A program made the position numbers and the translations under genes. A stretch of 64,000 bases of DNA from an uncultured Trueperaceae bacterium (GTDB lineage: Bacteria; Deinococcota; Deinococci; Deinococcales; Trueperaceae): positions 160,001-224,000 of the forward strand of contig CAWCXJ010000005.1 of the NCBI GenBank assembly GCA_963799485.1. The letters are read 5' to 3'. Under the pieces are notes generated by a model. That model worked only from the letters and a program-made list of their open reading frames with translations. It had not been told where the DNA came from and made no database searches. Shown here in pieces: positions 49,715 to 59,010 of this stretch (its first letter is position 1; every line of letters starts with the position of its first letter).

Positions 49715-49744
49715 AGCTTAGCGTAAGCGTATACAGATTGTCAA
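49715..49744 (-). promoter_or_regulatory. Promoter of the sugar ABC operon with a LacI-family-like operator in the spacer
   Basis: Minus strand TTGACA-18bp-TAAGCT. CGTAAGCGTATACA at 49722-49735 resembles the TGTAAGCGCTTACA LacI-family consensus. Confidence 0.6.
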
Positions 49745-49847
49745 TATGTATGAAAGAGTTTGTGCATCAATGTCATATTAGTCACGCAGCAGTTTGGAGA
49801 ACTCGTACGACAAAGTCTTTTATCTAGCACTTCCATGAATTATCGTC

Positions 49848-50215
49848 CTAACTCATAGCCGCAGTGCTGAAATGAGTTAAGGACGTTTTCAGGCATAACC
49901 GTTTTGACGGCGCCACAAAAGCTTCGATAAGGGCGGCGGTGTGAGTGACGACTTTACCCTGCTGGGTCAGTTCTCTAAAACAGTTTTCGCCAAAAAGCCT
50001 GGCAAGGGCGGTCATCACGGAAAAGTTCGAGGCGATCAGCGAACCGAGCGGCGGCGATTCGGAAGCGCTCGGCGCGCGGATACGCAAGAGGACAAAGCCG
50101 CGCAAATCGAAAATCAGCGCGTAGCGGGCGCAGCCTTTGGCGAGGAGTTCATCCAAGTGCGCCTCGACCTCGAGCAGCGCCTGACTATGAAGCCGACCGG
50201 AAACGCCTGTTACCT
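49848..50215 (-). pseudogene. Degenerate roadblock/LC7 (MglB-like) gene
   Basis: LDELLAKGCARYALIFDLRGFVL...PPLGSLIASNF...ALARLFGENCFRELTQQG resembles Thermus MglB. The C-terminal half is lost and there is no clear start. Confidence 0.6.
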
Positions 50216-50471
50216 GCTCGCCGGGGACGGGGCCGTTTAGCCTAACCCCACAGTTTCCACAAGTTACAGCGTGCAGGTTGGTAAGTTCTTGGACGAAACC
50301 TTTGGTACTGCGCGGCTGCAGACGTCGCCGAACCGGTACGGTTTTTTGCACGACGCGTAAAGAAAACAGCGAGCCGGCCCCAAGGTGTAGCGAGTTTGCC
50401 GGTGCGAAAGTCTAGCTGCACAGAAAAAGCCCTCGGGCGTTAAACTGAAGGCTTTAATTTTACGCTCAAAA

Positions 50472-51014
50472 TTACAAGCTTGACCGGAAACTTGATTGGG
50501 GACAGCTGAGCCGCCCACTAAGCTGCAAAGGTTGGCCCTGCGCGTCTACAAACGAAGCGTTGAAGGTGTAAACGCCCGGCGAAGTCGTCACCGCGCCGCT
50601 CAGCAGGGTGTAAGTTGCGCCGTCTATGTTTAGCGCCAGAGCGCTGTTCGAGCCGAGGGTGTAGAAGGTGCTGCTCGCTCCAGCCGGGGCGTCAAAGCGC
50701 ATCGTAAGCGGGAATGCGGTCGTCTGCGTGCTTGCTACCTGAAATCCTGCAGCGCTGCACTGCACGGTCTGCAGCTCGTCAGGGCTCAAAGTAGCCGTAC
50801 TTGCGACGACGCCGGAGAGGGCAAGCTCGAGCCCTGTTTCGGGTTCCATCGGGACTGCACTGTTCGGCTCTGGAAAAATGGCCCAGGCTGTAGCGATAAC
50901 GAGCATAAGCGCGAGAACGATACCTAAAGTGTTGGCAAGGTCTTCTTGTGAAGGCAGTTTGGGCCCCAGAAACCGGGAGCGGTGAGGGAATGGGCGGGTG
51001 TACGTGGCTTTCAT
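50472..51014 (-). CDS. Hypothetical membrane-anchored protein
   Basis: One TM helix followed by a beta-rich domain with two Cys; AGGAGG RBS. Confidence 0.65.
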   Translation of the reverse strand: MKATYTRPFPHRSRFLGPKLPSQEDLANTLGIVLALMLVIATAWAIFPEPNSAVPMEPETGLELALSGVVASTATLSPDELQTVQCSAAGFQVASTQTTAFPLTMRFDAPAGASSTFYTLGSNSALALNIDGATYTLLSGAVTTSPGVYTFNASFVDAQGQPLQLSGRLSCPQSSFRSSL

Positions 51015-51093
51015 AATCAGCCTCCTAATGTCCTCATTTTAGCGGGTACACAGCTTAAGTACAAAGCACTGTGGTGATAGATAAAGGGGGTTG

Positions 51094-51110
51094 TATCGAA
51101 AATACTGATA
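51094..51110. promoter_or_regulatory. LysR-type box in the divergent promoter region
   Basis: TATC-N9-GATA dyad (TATCGAAAATACTGATA). Confidence 0.5.
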
Positions 51111-51139
51111 AATGATGTGCTTGCCGTTAGACTTATCAG

Positions 51140-52066
51140 ATGACGCTCTCGCAACTTCGCAATCTGCTGACGGTTTTAGAAACCGGCAGCTTCTCGGCGG
51201 CGGCCCTCGAGCTCGGCAGCGCGCAGTCGGCGGTCAGCTACGCAGTCGCTGAGCTGGAGCGTGAACTCGGCGTCAAGCTCTTGGAGCGTGGGCGTTTCGG
51301 GGCGCGCCCTACCCGCACCGGTGTCCGGGTAGCCGACCACGCCCGGCAGATGCTGGGTTTAGGTGACGCCATTCGCCAGGAAGCGAGCCTCGAGCGTGGT
51401 GTGCTCGAAGGCGTTTTACATGTCGCAACCTTCCGCAGCGTCGCCAGTCACATCTTGCCTAAAGCGATTGCCAGGCTCGCAAAACGTTATCCAAAATTAC
51501 AGGTACAGCTTATCGAGTCCGACGGTGACGAGCCGGAACTCGAGCGCATCCTCTTCTCGCGGCGTGCCGACGTCGCCTTTTTGCAAACGCCTTTTCCCAA
51601 AGATGCGCTTGTCTGGGAGCTGCTTCACGACCCCTATATCGCGCTTTTGCCCAAAGACCACCCGCTGACCGGTAAAACCATCAGCCGCACCGAGCTGTTA
51701 AAATCGCCCCTTGTCCTCTACGACAACGACGATAAGTGCGGCGTCATTGCCCAGCGGTATCTTAAAGCTGCCGCCTTGCCGCTACGGTCTGCGACCTACC
51801 ATGTCCGCGAAGATTCGACAATTTTCAGCTTAGTCGAGCAGGGCTTGGGCGTCAGCGTGGTACCCGAACTGGCGTTTAAGGATTTGCCCGACAGCGTGGC
51901 GCGGGTGCCGCTCAGTGAGCCCTTAGAGCGTATCATCGGCGTCGCTATCTTGCCGCAAAGCCTCAAAGTACCTGCCGTGCGCGCCTTTTTGAGTGTGCTG
52001 AAAAAGCAGTTTCCCGAGAGCGGTTTGCCCGAACTAAAGACGTTTCTCGAGCCCGTTCATTCATAA
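51140..52066 (+). CDS. LysR-family transcriptional regulator
   Basis: GSFSAAALELGSAQSAVSYAVAELERELGVKLLER HTH; LVEQGLGVSVVP. Confidence 0.95.
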   Translation: MTLSQLRNLLTVLETGSFSAAALELGSAQSAVSYAVAELERELGVKLLERGRFGARPTRTGVRVADHARQMLGLGDAIRQEASLERGVLEGVLHVATFRSVASHILPKAIARLAKRYPKLQVQLIESDGDEPELERILFSRRADVAFLQTPFPKDALVWELLHDPYIALLPKDHPLTGKTISRTELLKSPLVLYDNDDKCGVIAQRYLKAAALPLRSATYHVREDSTIFSLVEQGLGVSVVPELAFKDLPDSVARVPLSEPLERIIGVAILPQSLKVPAVRAFLSVLKKQFPESGLPELKTFLEPVHS

Positions 52067-52233
52067 TCCTGCTTGCACAGTTCAAACTTTAATATCCTTG
52101 TTTTTTCTGCGCCAGACTTTTGAATCGCAGACTGTTTTACTTTTGCGCCTCGTATTCGGGGGCGTTTGGCCCCTTTGACCTTTAAGGCGGGTGTATGGTG
52201 TCGGGTATACAGTAAAGGCTCGAGGAGGCATTG

Positions 52234-53151
52234 ATGACAACCCTAAACAGCAAAAACGAGACGCTGAACGGTGTTCTTGACGGTCTCATGCGCCGCTATC
52301 AGGAGCGCGTTCCGGATGTTCAAAAAATCATCCAGGCGATGGTCGCAGATGAGCTTATCGGCGCGCCCAGAGATATCGAAAACGACCACATCGCCTTTCG
52401 CACGATGGGCGTGCCGCACTTGGGCGTCGCGTCGCTGGAAAAGATTTTCCTGCATCTAGGTTACGAACGCCGCGAGCCCTACACCTTTCCGGTCAAAAAA
52501 CTCGACGCCTTCTGGTACAGCCCGCCTGAACCGCAGTTGCCGCGCATCTTTATCAGCGAGCTGCGCGTAGGTGAGCTGAGTGACGAGGCGCAGCGCACCA
52601 TTCATTCCTACACGGATGAGGTAAGAAGCGACCCGGTAGACGCCCTCGACTTGGACAGCGCCGCGCAAATCGACGCCTTCTTGCACCGGGCGCTCTGGCA
52701 TTTGCCGAGCTACGAGGACTTTCAGCGTTTGGCGAGCGAGAGCGAATATGCCGCGTGGGTGATTTACAACCGTTATTACCTCAACCACTTCACCATCTCG
52801 GTACATAACCTGCCCGAAGGCTACGACACGGTAGAGGCGTTTAACACTTTTTTAGAGTCGCACGGCGTCAAGCTCAACGATTCGGGCGGCAAGGCCAAAA
52901 AGAGTCCGGACGGCCTGCTCATTCAAAGCTCGACGGTTGCCGAGATGATCCCCGCGACCTTCGCAGGCGGCGACACCCACAAGATTTCAGGTTCATATGT
53001 CGAGTTTGCCGAACGCCGCGCCTTGCCCGAACATCAAGGCAAGCCCAAAGCCGAGCTGAAACGTTCGGAGCGCCGTGAAGGGTTTGAAGCCGGAAACGCC
53101 GACAAGATTTTTGAAAGCACCTACACCACGCAAACAGGGCGGGGCAGCTAG
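52234..53151 (+). CDS. DUF1338 family protein (HglS-like dioxygenase fold)
   Basis: NDHIAFRT, PRIFISEL, ESEYAAW, NHFT, LIQSST and YVEFAER motifs; GAGGAGG RBS. Confidence 0.85.
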   Translation: MTTLNSKNETLNGVLDGLMRRYQERVPDVQKIIQAMVADELIGAPRDIENDHIAFRTMGVPHLGVASLEKIFLHLGYERREPYTFPVKKLDAFWYSPPEPQLPRIFISELRVGELSDEAQRTIHSYTDEVRSDPVDALDLDSAAQIDAFLHRALWHLPSYEDFQRLASESEYAAWVIYNRYYLNHFTISVHNLPEGYDTVEAFNTFLESHGVKLNDSGGKAKKSPDGLLIQSSTVAEMIPATFAGGDTHKISGSYVEFAERRALPEHQGKPKAELKRSERREGFEAGNADKIFESTYTTQTGRGS

Positions 53152-53188
53152 CGTTTACGCGGCCCCGACAAAACCTACGCGTTGCGGG

Positions 53189-55327
53189 TTACGACTCGTA
53201 AAACAGCCTGTTCTGCTCGGCTTGTTCCTCTAGCAGTGTTGCCGGGGTAAAGCGTGGGCCGTGCTGGTGCCCCAGCCCCCGCAGCTTCTCGAGCAAAACG
53301 CGCGCGCCTAATGTGTCGGTGTACCAGAACGGCCCCCCCAAAAAGGGCGGAAAGCCGAGCCCAAAGACCGCGCCCACGTCGCCGTCTCTGGCGGAGCGCA
53401 AGACGCCTTCCTCGAGACACAACACCGCTTCATTGACCATAATCAGCCCGAGGCGCTCGTAAATCTCCTGTTTGGGCGCGTCCCGGGTTTTGTTCCCGAT
53501 GAGGCGCGTCAGCTCTTCGTTAACCTCCTTGTCGCCCTTTTTGCCTTTACCTGCGCCCTCGCCGTAAACATAAAACCCTTTGCCGTTTTTACGCCCCAAA
53601 AAGCCCGCCTCGACGAGCGCTTCGCCCTGCGTACTGAGGGTAATCCCGCGCGCGGCGAACGGCTCTTTTAAGACCTTGTTGATTTTCGCGCCCACGTCGA
53701 TGCCGACTTCGTCTAAAAGCGTAAGCGGCCCGACCGGAAAGCCGAAGTCACGCATGGCCCGGTCAATCTCGCGGACGCCGACGCCCTCACCGAGCATCAC
53801 CAGCGCCTCGTTCATGTACAAGGATAAAATCCGCGTCGTGTAAAATCCCGGCGCGTCACCGACGATAATCGGCGTTTTACCCTGCGCTCGGCCCGCCGTA
53901 AATGCAGTTGCCAGGACCCAGTCGGGGTTTTTGTCGGTAGCGACGATTTCCAGAAGCGGCAGTTTGGGAACGGGGGAGAAGTAGTGCATCCCGACGACCT
54001 GTTCCGGACGTTTTGACGCGCTCGCAATCTCGTGAATGGGAATCGACGAGGTATTCGACGCAAACACCAGATCTTTTTTGGCAATAGCCTCAACGTCACG
54101 TACAACCTGCTGTTTGAGCTCTACGTCTTCCAACACAGCCTCGATAACCAGGTCAACCTCTGCCAGCGCCGCGTAGTCTTCAACAGGTTCAATCCGCGCG
54201 TCGATAAGGTCGCGTTCAAAACTGCTCCGGCCTTTGCCGACGCGTTTGGTCAGGTCTTTCCAGACGGCCCCTTTACCCTTGGCGGCAATGGCGAGCGTCC
54301 GGTCTTTGAGCATGACCTGATGCCCGCCCTCGGCGCTCACTTGCGCGATGCCCGAGCCCATCAGTCCGGCCCCTAAAACCCCGACGGTGTGAACGTCTTT
54401 CGCCTCTCCCGGGTACGGGTTTTTCTCGCTGGCGTTTTTGGCAAAGAAGAGGTGGACGAGCGCTTTGGACTCCCGCGTAAAGACCAACTCGGCAAAGTTG
54501 CGCGCTTCAGCCTCGAGTCCCGCTTTCATCCCCTGCTCTTGCCCGGTGCGAATCGTCTCGATGATTTTGGCGGGGGCGGGGTAGTTGCCGCGCGTTTTTT
54601 TCTGCACACTCTCTTCGGCTTGGTTGTAGACGACGCGGCTCAGCGGGGTGCGCTCCAAGACGGCGCTCGTCACCCGGCTCCGCAGGTCGCGTTTGGGTTC
54701 ACGGCGCTCCAGCGTTCCGGCAGCCAAACCCCTGGCCGCCATTTTGCCCGCCTCCAGCAGACCTTGCGGATGAATGAGCGCGTCTACCAAGCCCATTTTG
54801 AGCGCAGGTTTGGCATAGATGGACTTTCCGGTTAAAGCCATCTCTAAACCCTGTTGCAAACCGACGAGCCGGGGCAGCCGCTGCGTCCCGCCGAGCCCCG
54901 GCAAAAGACCCAGGTTGACTTCAGGCAGCGCAAACTTGGTCTTCGGGTGCTGCGTTGCGACGCGGTAGTGACACGCCAGGATGAGTTCCAAACCGCCCCC
55001 GACGGCGGCCCCGTGAACGGCGGCGACGACGGGTTTAGGGAAGGTCTCGAGCCGCCCCAAGAGCGCGTGCCCCTCACGAATCAGCGCCGTAACCTGCGTC
55101 GGCGACTCGAAGGTCGAAAATTCCTTGATGTCCGCGCCGACCACGAACGAGTCTGTTTTACGGCTGATGAGAACGGCGCTTTTTACGGCAGCGTCGCGTT
55201 CAATGGTGTCTAAAACCTCACCGAATTCACGTAACGCGGCGGTCTCCAACGTATTGACCCGGCTGCCCTGCTGGTCGAAAAAAATGATAGCTACATCATC
55301 TGCGGACTCTATCTCGAAAAAAGTCAT
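53189..55327 (-). CDS. fadJ: Fatty-acid oxidation complex alpha subunit (enoyl-CoA hydratase / 3-hydroxyacyl-CoA dehydrogenase)
   Basis: GADIKEF, GGGLEL, LPEVNLGLLPG, GAGLMGSG, SNTSS, GMHYFSPV and FGLGFPPFLGGP motifs. Confidence 0.9.
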   Translation of the reverse strand: MTFFEIESADDVAIIFFDQQGSRVNTLETAALREFGEVLDTIERDAAVKSAVLISRKTDSFVVGADIKEFSTFESPTQVTALIREGHALLGRLETFPKPVVAAVHGAAVGGGLELILACHYRVATQHPKTKFALPEVNLGLLPGLGGTQRLPRLVGLQQGLEMALTGKSIYAKPALKMGLVDALIHPQGLLEAGKMAARGLAAGTLERREPKRDLRSRVTSAVLERTPLSRVVYNQAEESVQKKTRGNYPAPAKIIETIRTGQEQGMKAGLEAEARNFAELVFTRESKALVHLFFAKNASEKNPYPGEAKDVHTVGVLGAGLMGSGIAQVSAEGGHQVMLKDRTLAIAAKGKGAVWKDLTKRVGKGRSSFERDLIDARIEPVEDYAALAEVDLVIEAVLEDVELKQQVVRDVEAIAKKDLVFASNTSSIPIHEIASASKRPEQVVGMHYFSPVPKLPLLEIVATDKNPDWVLATAFTAGRAQGKTPIIVGDAPGFYTTRILSLYMNEALVMLGEGVGVREIDRAMRDFGFPVGPLTLLDEVGIDVGAKINKVLKEPFAARGITLSTQGEALVEAGFLGRKNGKGFYVYGEGAGKGKKGDKEVNEELTRLIGNKTRDAPKQEIYERLGLIMVNEAVLCLEEGVLRSARDGDVGAVFGLGFPPFLGGPFWYTDTLGARVLLEKLRGLGHQHGPRFTPATLLEEQAEQNRLFYES

Positions 55328-56616
55328 GACGCGTCCCCCAGGCGTTCGACGAGCATCGCGTGACCGAGCCCGCCGGCGGCGCAGGCCGTGACGAGCGCCA
55401 AGGTACCGTCCTCGTCGTGAAGACGGTGGGCCGCCATCGTTAACAGGCGGGTGCCGGTTGCGCCGAACGGGTGTCCGAGTGAGAGCGAGCCGCCCCAGGT
55501 ATTGAGTTTGTCCATGTCTACGTTTCCAACGCGGCTGTCTCGGTTGAGCCGTTTTTTGGCGAAAGTGTCGGACTCTATAGCCCGCAAAACTGCCAACACC
55601 TGACCGGCAAACGCCTCATGCAGTTCAATCACGTCGATATCGCCGAGCGTTATGCCTGCCCGGTCCAGAACTCGAGGCGTCGCGTAGGCCGGGCCTAACA
55701 GCAATTCTTCGCCGGGGTCTTGGGCGACGAAGGTGTACGCGCCGAGCCGTGCCAGCGGCTTGAAGCCGTGCGCTTTAGCGGCCTCTTCTTCCATCAAGAG
55801 GACTGCCGACGCGCCGTCGGTCAGGGGTGACGCGTTGCCTGCTGTCACGGTGCCGAACGGTTTGACGAACACCGGTTTTAACGACGCGAGTTTTTCGGGG
55901 CTCGAGTCCGCCCGAATCGTGTTATCCCGTTCCAACAGGTCGAACTTGGGTGGGACGGCAGTCGGCATTACGCCCTTAAGCTTGCCCGCTTCCGCCGCTT
56001 GTGCCGCGAACTGGTGCGAGCGCAGCGCGTAGGCGTCTTGTTCTTCGCGTGACACGTCAAACGCCGCCGCAAGCTTGTCGGCACTTTCGCCCATCGTTTC
56101 ACCGGTCGAGTATTCCGCGACTTTGGGTGCTTTCGGCAACAGCTCGGACGGCGACAAGCCCTGCAGGAGTTTGCGGTACTCCAAAGCCGAGCCGTAACGT
56201 TGCGATTCGTAGAGGCGTTTGCGAACCTCTAAAGGAAACTGCGGCGGCGTATCGGACAAGACCTCGACGCCTCCGGCAATCGCCACGTCGGTTTGACCCG
56301 AACGGATGGCTTCGGCGGCGCTCACGACCGCTTGATTGGCAGAAATACACGCCATCGTCACAGAATGGGCGGGCGTCTTGTGCGAGAAACCTGCGCCTAA
56401 AGAGGCGTCACGCGCGACGTTGCTCGTCGAAACGTTCTGCACGACGTTGCCCATCACCACGAGACCGACGTCTTCGGGTGCTAATCCGGTCTCGTCTAAT
56501 ATGCCGCGTAGCGCCAGCCGCGCCAAATCATACGAGGTGAGCCCCAGATAGTCCGTTCCGGAACGGCGGAACGGCGTGCGGACGCCCTCGACCAATACAA
56601 CCTTGCGCTCAGTCAT
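55324..56616 (-). CDS. fadI: 3-ketoacyl-CoA thiolase
   Basis: VTMACIS, TAGNASPLTDGA, HEAFA, GHPFGATG and CAAGG motifs. Confidence 0.9.
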   Translation of the reverse strand: MTERKVVLVEGVRTPFRRSGTDYLGLTSYDLARLALRGILDETGLAPEDVGLVVMGNVVQNVSTSNVARDASLGAGFSHKTPAHSVTMACISANQAVVSAAEAIRSGQTDVAIAGGVEVLSDTPPQFPLEVRKRLYESQRYGSALEYRKLLQGLSPSELLPKAPKVAEYSTGETMGESADKLAAAFDVSREEQDAYALRSHQFAAQAAEAGKLKGVMPTAVPPKFDLLERDNTIRADSSPEKLASLKPVFVKPFGTVTAGNASPLTDGASAVLLMEEEAAKAHGFKPLARLGAYTFVAQDPGEELLLGPAYATPRVLDRAGITLGDIDVIELHEAFAGQVLAVLRAIESDTFAKKRLNRDSRVGNVDMDKLNTWGGSLSLGHPFGATGTRLLTMAAHRLHDEDGTLALVTACAAGGLGHAMLVERLGDAS

Positions 56617-56680
56617 ACTCTACTTTACTCGGTCGGCTGTGAGTAAACCGTTGGTTACTCGAGGTTTACCCGATTATGGC

Positions 56681-57264
56681 CTACCTGCCGTTTTCGACCC
56701 GCACCTCGTTTTCACCCAAATAGGTGACGGCTGCCAGTGAGACAACGGGAACCCCCAACGCCCCCAGCGCCTCACGACCCGCTTCAAAGGTTTTTTCAAT
56801 GACGCGACCGACGCCAGCAAGCTCGGCTCCGCAGCGGCGAATCAATTCGGCGAGCGCCAAAATGGTTCCGCCTGAGGCCAAAAAGTCGTCGATAAGCAGC
56901 ACCTTGTCGCCTGCCCCGACGTATTCCGGTGAGCGGTAAAGTGGGGTGACGCCGCCTTGGTACGACTCGGCGCGTGTCCGGCGAGCGCGTCGGGCATCGT
57001 GAGGGGACGTTTTTTACGGGCGTAGACCACAGGAGCCTTCGGCGCGACGCCGGTCGCAAATGCCGGCGCGATACCGCTCACTTCGGCGGTGACGATTTTA
57101 CTTATGTTCGTTATACCCGGTGCCGCAAAACGCTTGGCGAACGCGTGACCTAGCTCGAGGGTCAGGTCGGGCTCGAGTCGGCGGTTGATAAAACCATCGA
57201 CTTTCAAGATACCGCCGCCCAAGCTGATACCTTCGGCGGCGATGCGGGCGACTAAACGTTTCAT
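56681..57264 (-). pseudogene. xpt: Xanthine phosphoribosyltransferase, frameshifted near 56955
   Basis: ILKVDGFIN, TAEVSGIAPA and YARKK in the first frame; VLLIDDFLASGGT...VIEKTFE in another. Confidence 0.85.
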
Positions 57265-57542
57265 ATACCACCCAGCGTAACGGTTTTGCGTCCATTACAA
57301 AGATGTTCGGCAATATCTCGGTAAGTTCGAGTCTCACACCCTGCTGCAACGGCTTGCCGGGTTAAAGCCGCGCCGCATATCGTCTATGGTTTACATACTT
57401 GCAAAATAAAGCGACAAAGAAAACCGTAACGGAAAAGCCATACAAGTTGCATTTTTTTCTGCAAAACACGTAAACTCAATGAACTTAACCGCCGGGTAGC
57501 ACTTTTTGAAAGGCTGTGATAGCATTGTGTCGGGTCGGACAG

Positions 57543-57570
57543 TTGACCGGGCGTCTATACCCGGTATACT
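57543..57570 (+). promoter_or_regulatory. Promoter with an overlapping palindrome, upstream of the small peptide gene
   Basis: TTGACC-16bp-TATACT; TATACC-C-GGTATA dyad at 57556-57568. Confidence 0.6.
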
Positions 57571-57671
57571 ACCTCCGGTCACACGGACGGTGCTCTACCG
57601 CGCATACGTGTTCTGTCCGTCTAATCTAACCCGGTACTGCGCGAATTTACCTTCCAATAGGGGGAAACACG

Positions 57672-57797
57672 ATGAAAAAACTAGCTCTTCTTCTGTCAAT
57701 CGGTGCGCTTCTTGCTTTCGGCGTAGCCCAAATCATGTCCGGCGGCATGATGTCCGGCGGTCTGATGTCCGGCGGCCTGATGTCCGGTGGGATGTAA
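57672..57797 (+). CDS. 41-aa secreted Met/Gly-repeat peptide (below the ORF-track size cutoff)
   Basis: MKKLALLLSIGALLAFGVAQIMSGGMMSGGLMSGGLMSGGM*; AGGGGG RBS; Sec-type signal peptide; 15-nt repeat with synonymous third-position variation. Confidence 0.75.
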   Translation: MKKLALLLSIGALLAFGVAQIMSGGMMSGGLMSGGLMSGGM

Positions 57798-57824
57798 GCT
57801 TACTCGTTAAGCGTACATACTACG

Positions 57825-57850
57825 AGCACCGGGTTTCCTGGTGCTTTTCT
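57825..57850 (+). terminator. Intrinsic terminator after the peptide gene
   Basis: AGCACCGGG-ttt-CCTGGTGCT followed by TTTCT. Confidence 0.7.
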
Positions 57851-58055
57851 CTTGCCCTGACCTTTTAGGCCAAACTGTGTAACAAGACTGTTCAAAGTAG
57901 GAACTTTGTTGTTATTTCATAAAGAAGCGTCTCTTCGAGACATTTTCGTCTGTTCTTCAGCTGAAAGCTGCGATTCTTAAGCTTAGTCTTTGCTGTCATC
58001 AGTGCAAGACGTGATACGTTAGGCGGGTTCTTAGGAAGCACGGATAAGTAAGGGG

Positions 58056-58277
58056 TTGGTTGCTGTCAAGTTTGACCTCTCGGATTTAGGATTTGTTTAT
58101 ACGACACTTTTTGCGCTCTCGTTAGTACTCATCAACCCTTGGGGCGTCCCCTTCGGCGGTATCTGGACGACGCCCAAGGTTTACGTCGTTATCCTTTTGG
58201 CGCTGCTGACCTGGAGCGTGCTCCTCGTTCAAGGCGCGCGCGGCTTGTGGACATGTCGGGCGGCGACTTCTAACTAA
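58056..58277 (+). pseudogene. N-terminal fragment of a polytopic membrane protein (possibly O-antigen ligase-like)
   Basis: Two TM segments with INPWG...IWTTPKV, then an abrupt stop followed by a 14-bp duplication. Confidence 0.35.
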
Positions 58278-58382
58278 GCTTTAGGCTAAAGCCTTTAGGC
58301 TAAAGCAGCATTTGTTGGCGAGGCGCTACGGAAATAGCGCCTCTTTTATTTTTGACGAGGAAGCAGCAGTGGAGGTAGTACG

Positions 58383-58943
58383 GTGCCAAGTGGACGCGCT
58401 CACGAATCGATCAACCTGCTCGTTTACGGGTTGGGAGCGGTGGCTTACGCTTACGCACGGCAAGGGGGGCTCACAAGAGAGTTCGATACCCTGCTTGCAC
58501 CCGAGACGCTTAAGACGTTTAGCTTGAGTTATTTTATCGGTACATTTTTGGTAACGCCCGACCTCGACCTGGCTGAAAACCGGATGCAAGCGCGTAACAA
58601 CTGGGGGCTTTTAGGGATGCTCTGGATTCCTTACGGCGCGCTGTTTAGCCACCGTGGGCTGTCCCACACCTGGATTGTCGGGCCGCTAACTCGTCTGCTC
58701 TATCTCGCGTTTCTCGGTTTGGCGCTTTCATGGGCTGCCGCGCAGGTAGGGCCATATTTCGGCTACAGCTTTTCGTTTAAGGCCGAACTCGGTCAAAACT
58801 GGCCTGAACTTGCTGTCGGCGCGTTGGCAGGTTACTACGCTTCGCAGTGGTTGCATCTGCTTGCCGACGGGATTCGTCCCGACCACGGGTCTCGCAAACG
58901 CAGTGGCACGACCAAACGTTCGTCAAAACGTGTCGGGCGTTAG
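58383..58943 (+). CDS. DUF2227 putative metal-binding membrane protein
   Basis: MPSGRAH, TPDLDL, WIPYG...HRGLSH...GPLTRLLYL and HLLAD motifs. Confidence 0.85.
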   Translation: MPSGRAHESINLLVYGLGAVAYAYARQGGLTREFDTLLAPETLKTFSLSYFIGTFLVTPDLDLAENRMQARNNWGLLGMLWIPYGALFSHRGLSHTWIVGPLTRLLYLAFLGLALSWAAAQVGPYFGYSFSFKAELGQNWPELAVGALAGYYASQWLHLLADGIRPDHGSRKRSGTTKRSSKRVGR

Positions 58944-59010
58944 GCCGAGAGGCAATTTTCAGACAAGTTCGCTGTGGTATCTTACGCCATGAACTCATAG
59001 GAGGGTATAC

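Noticed and set aside
57724..57794. CRISPR or non-coding 15-bp repeat; also the 57506..57868 ORF reading RRHDVRRSDV
   Set aside because: The repeat is better explained as MSGG(M/L) codons of the 57672 ORF, which has an RBS, a signal peptide and synonymous variation.
57672..57797. RiPP precursor cluster
   Set aside because: No radical SAM, YcaO, lanthipeptide or peptidase-transporter genes are adjacent, and the leader looks like an ordinary Sec signal.
57800..57816. Deinococcal radiation/desiccation response motif (RDRM)
   Set aside because: Only a partial match to the 17-bp dyad, and it lies downstream of a gene rather than in a promoter.
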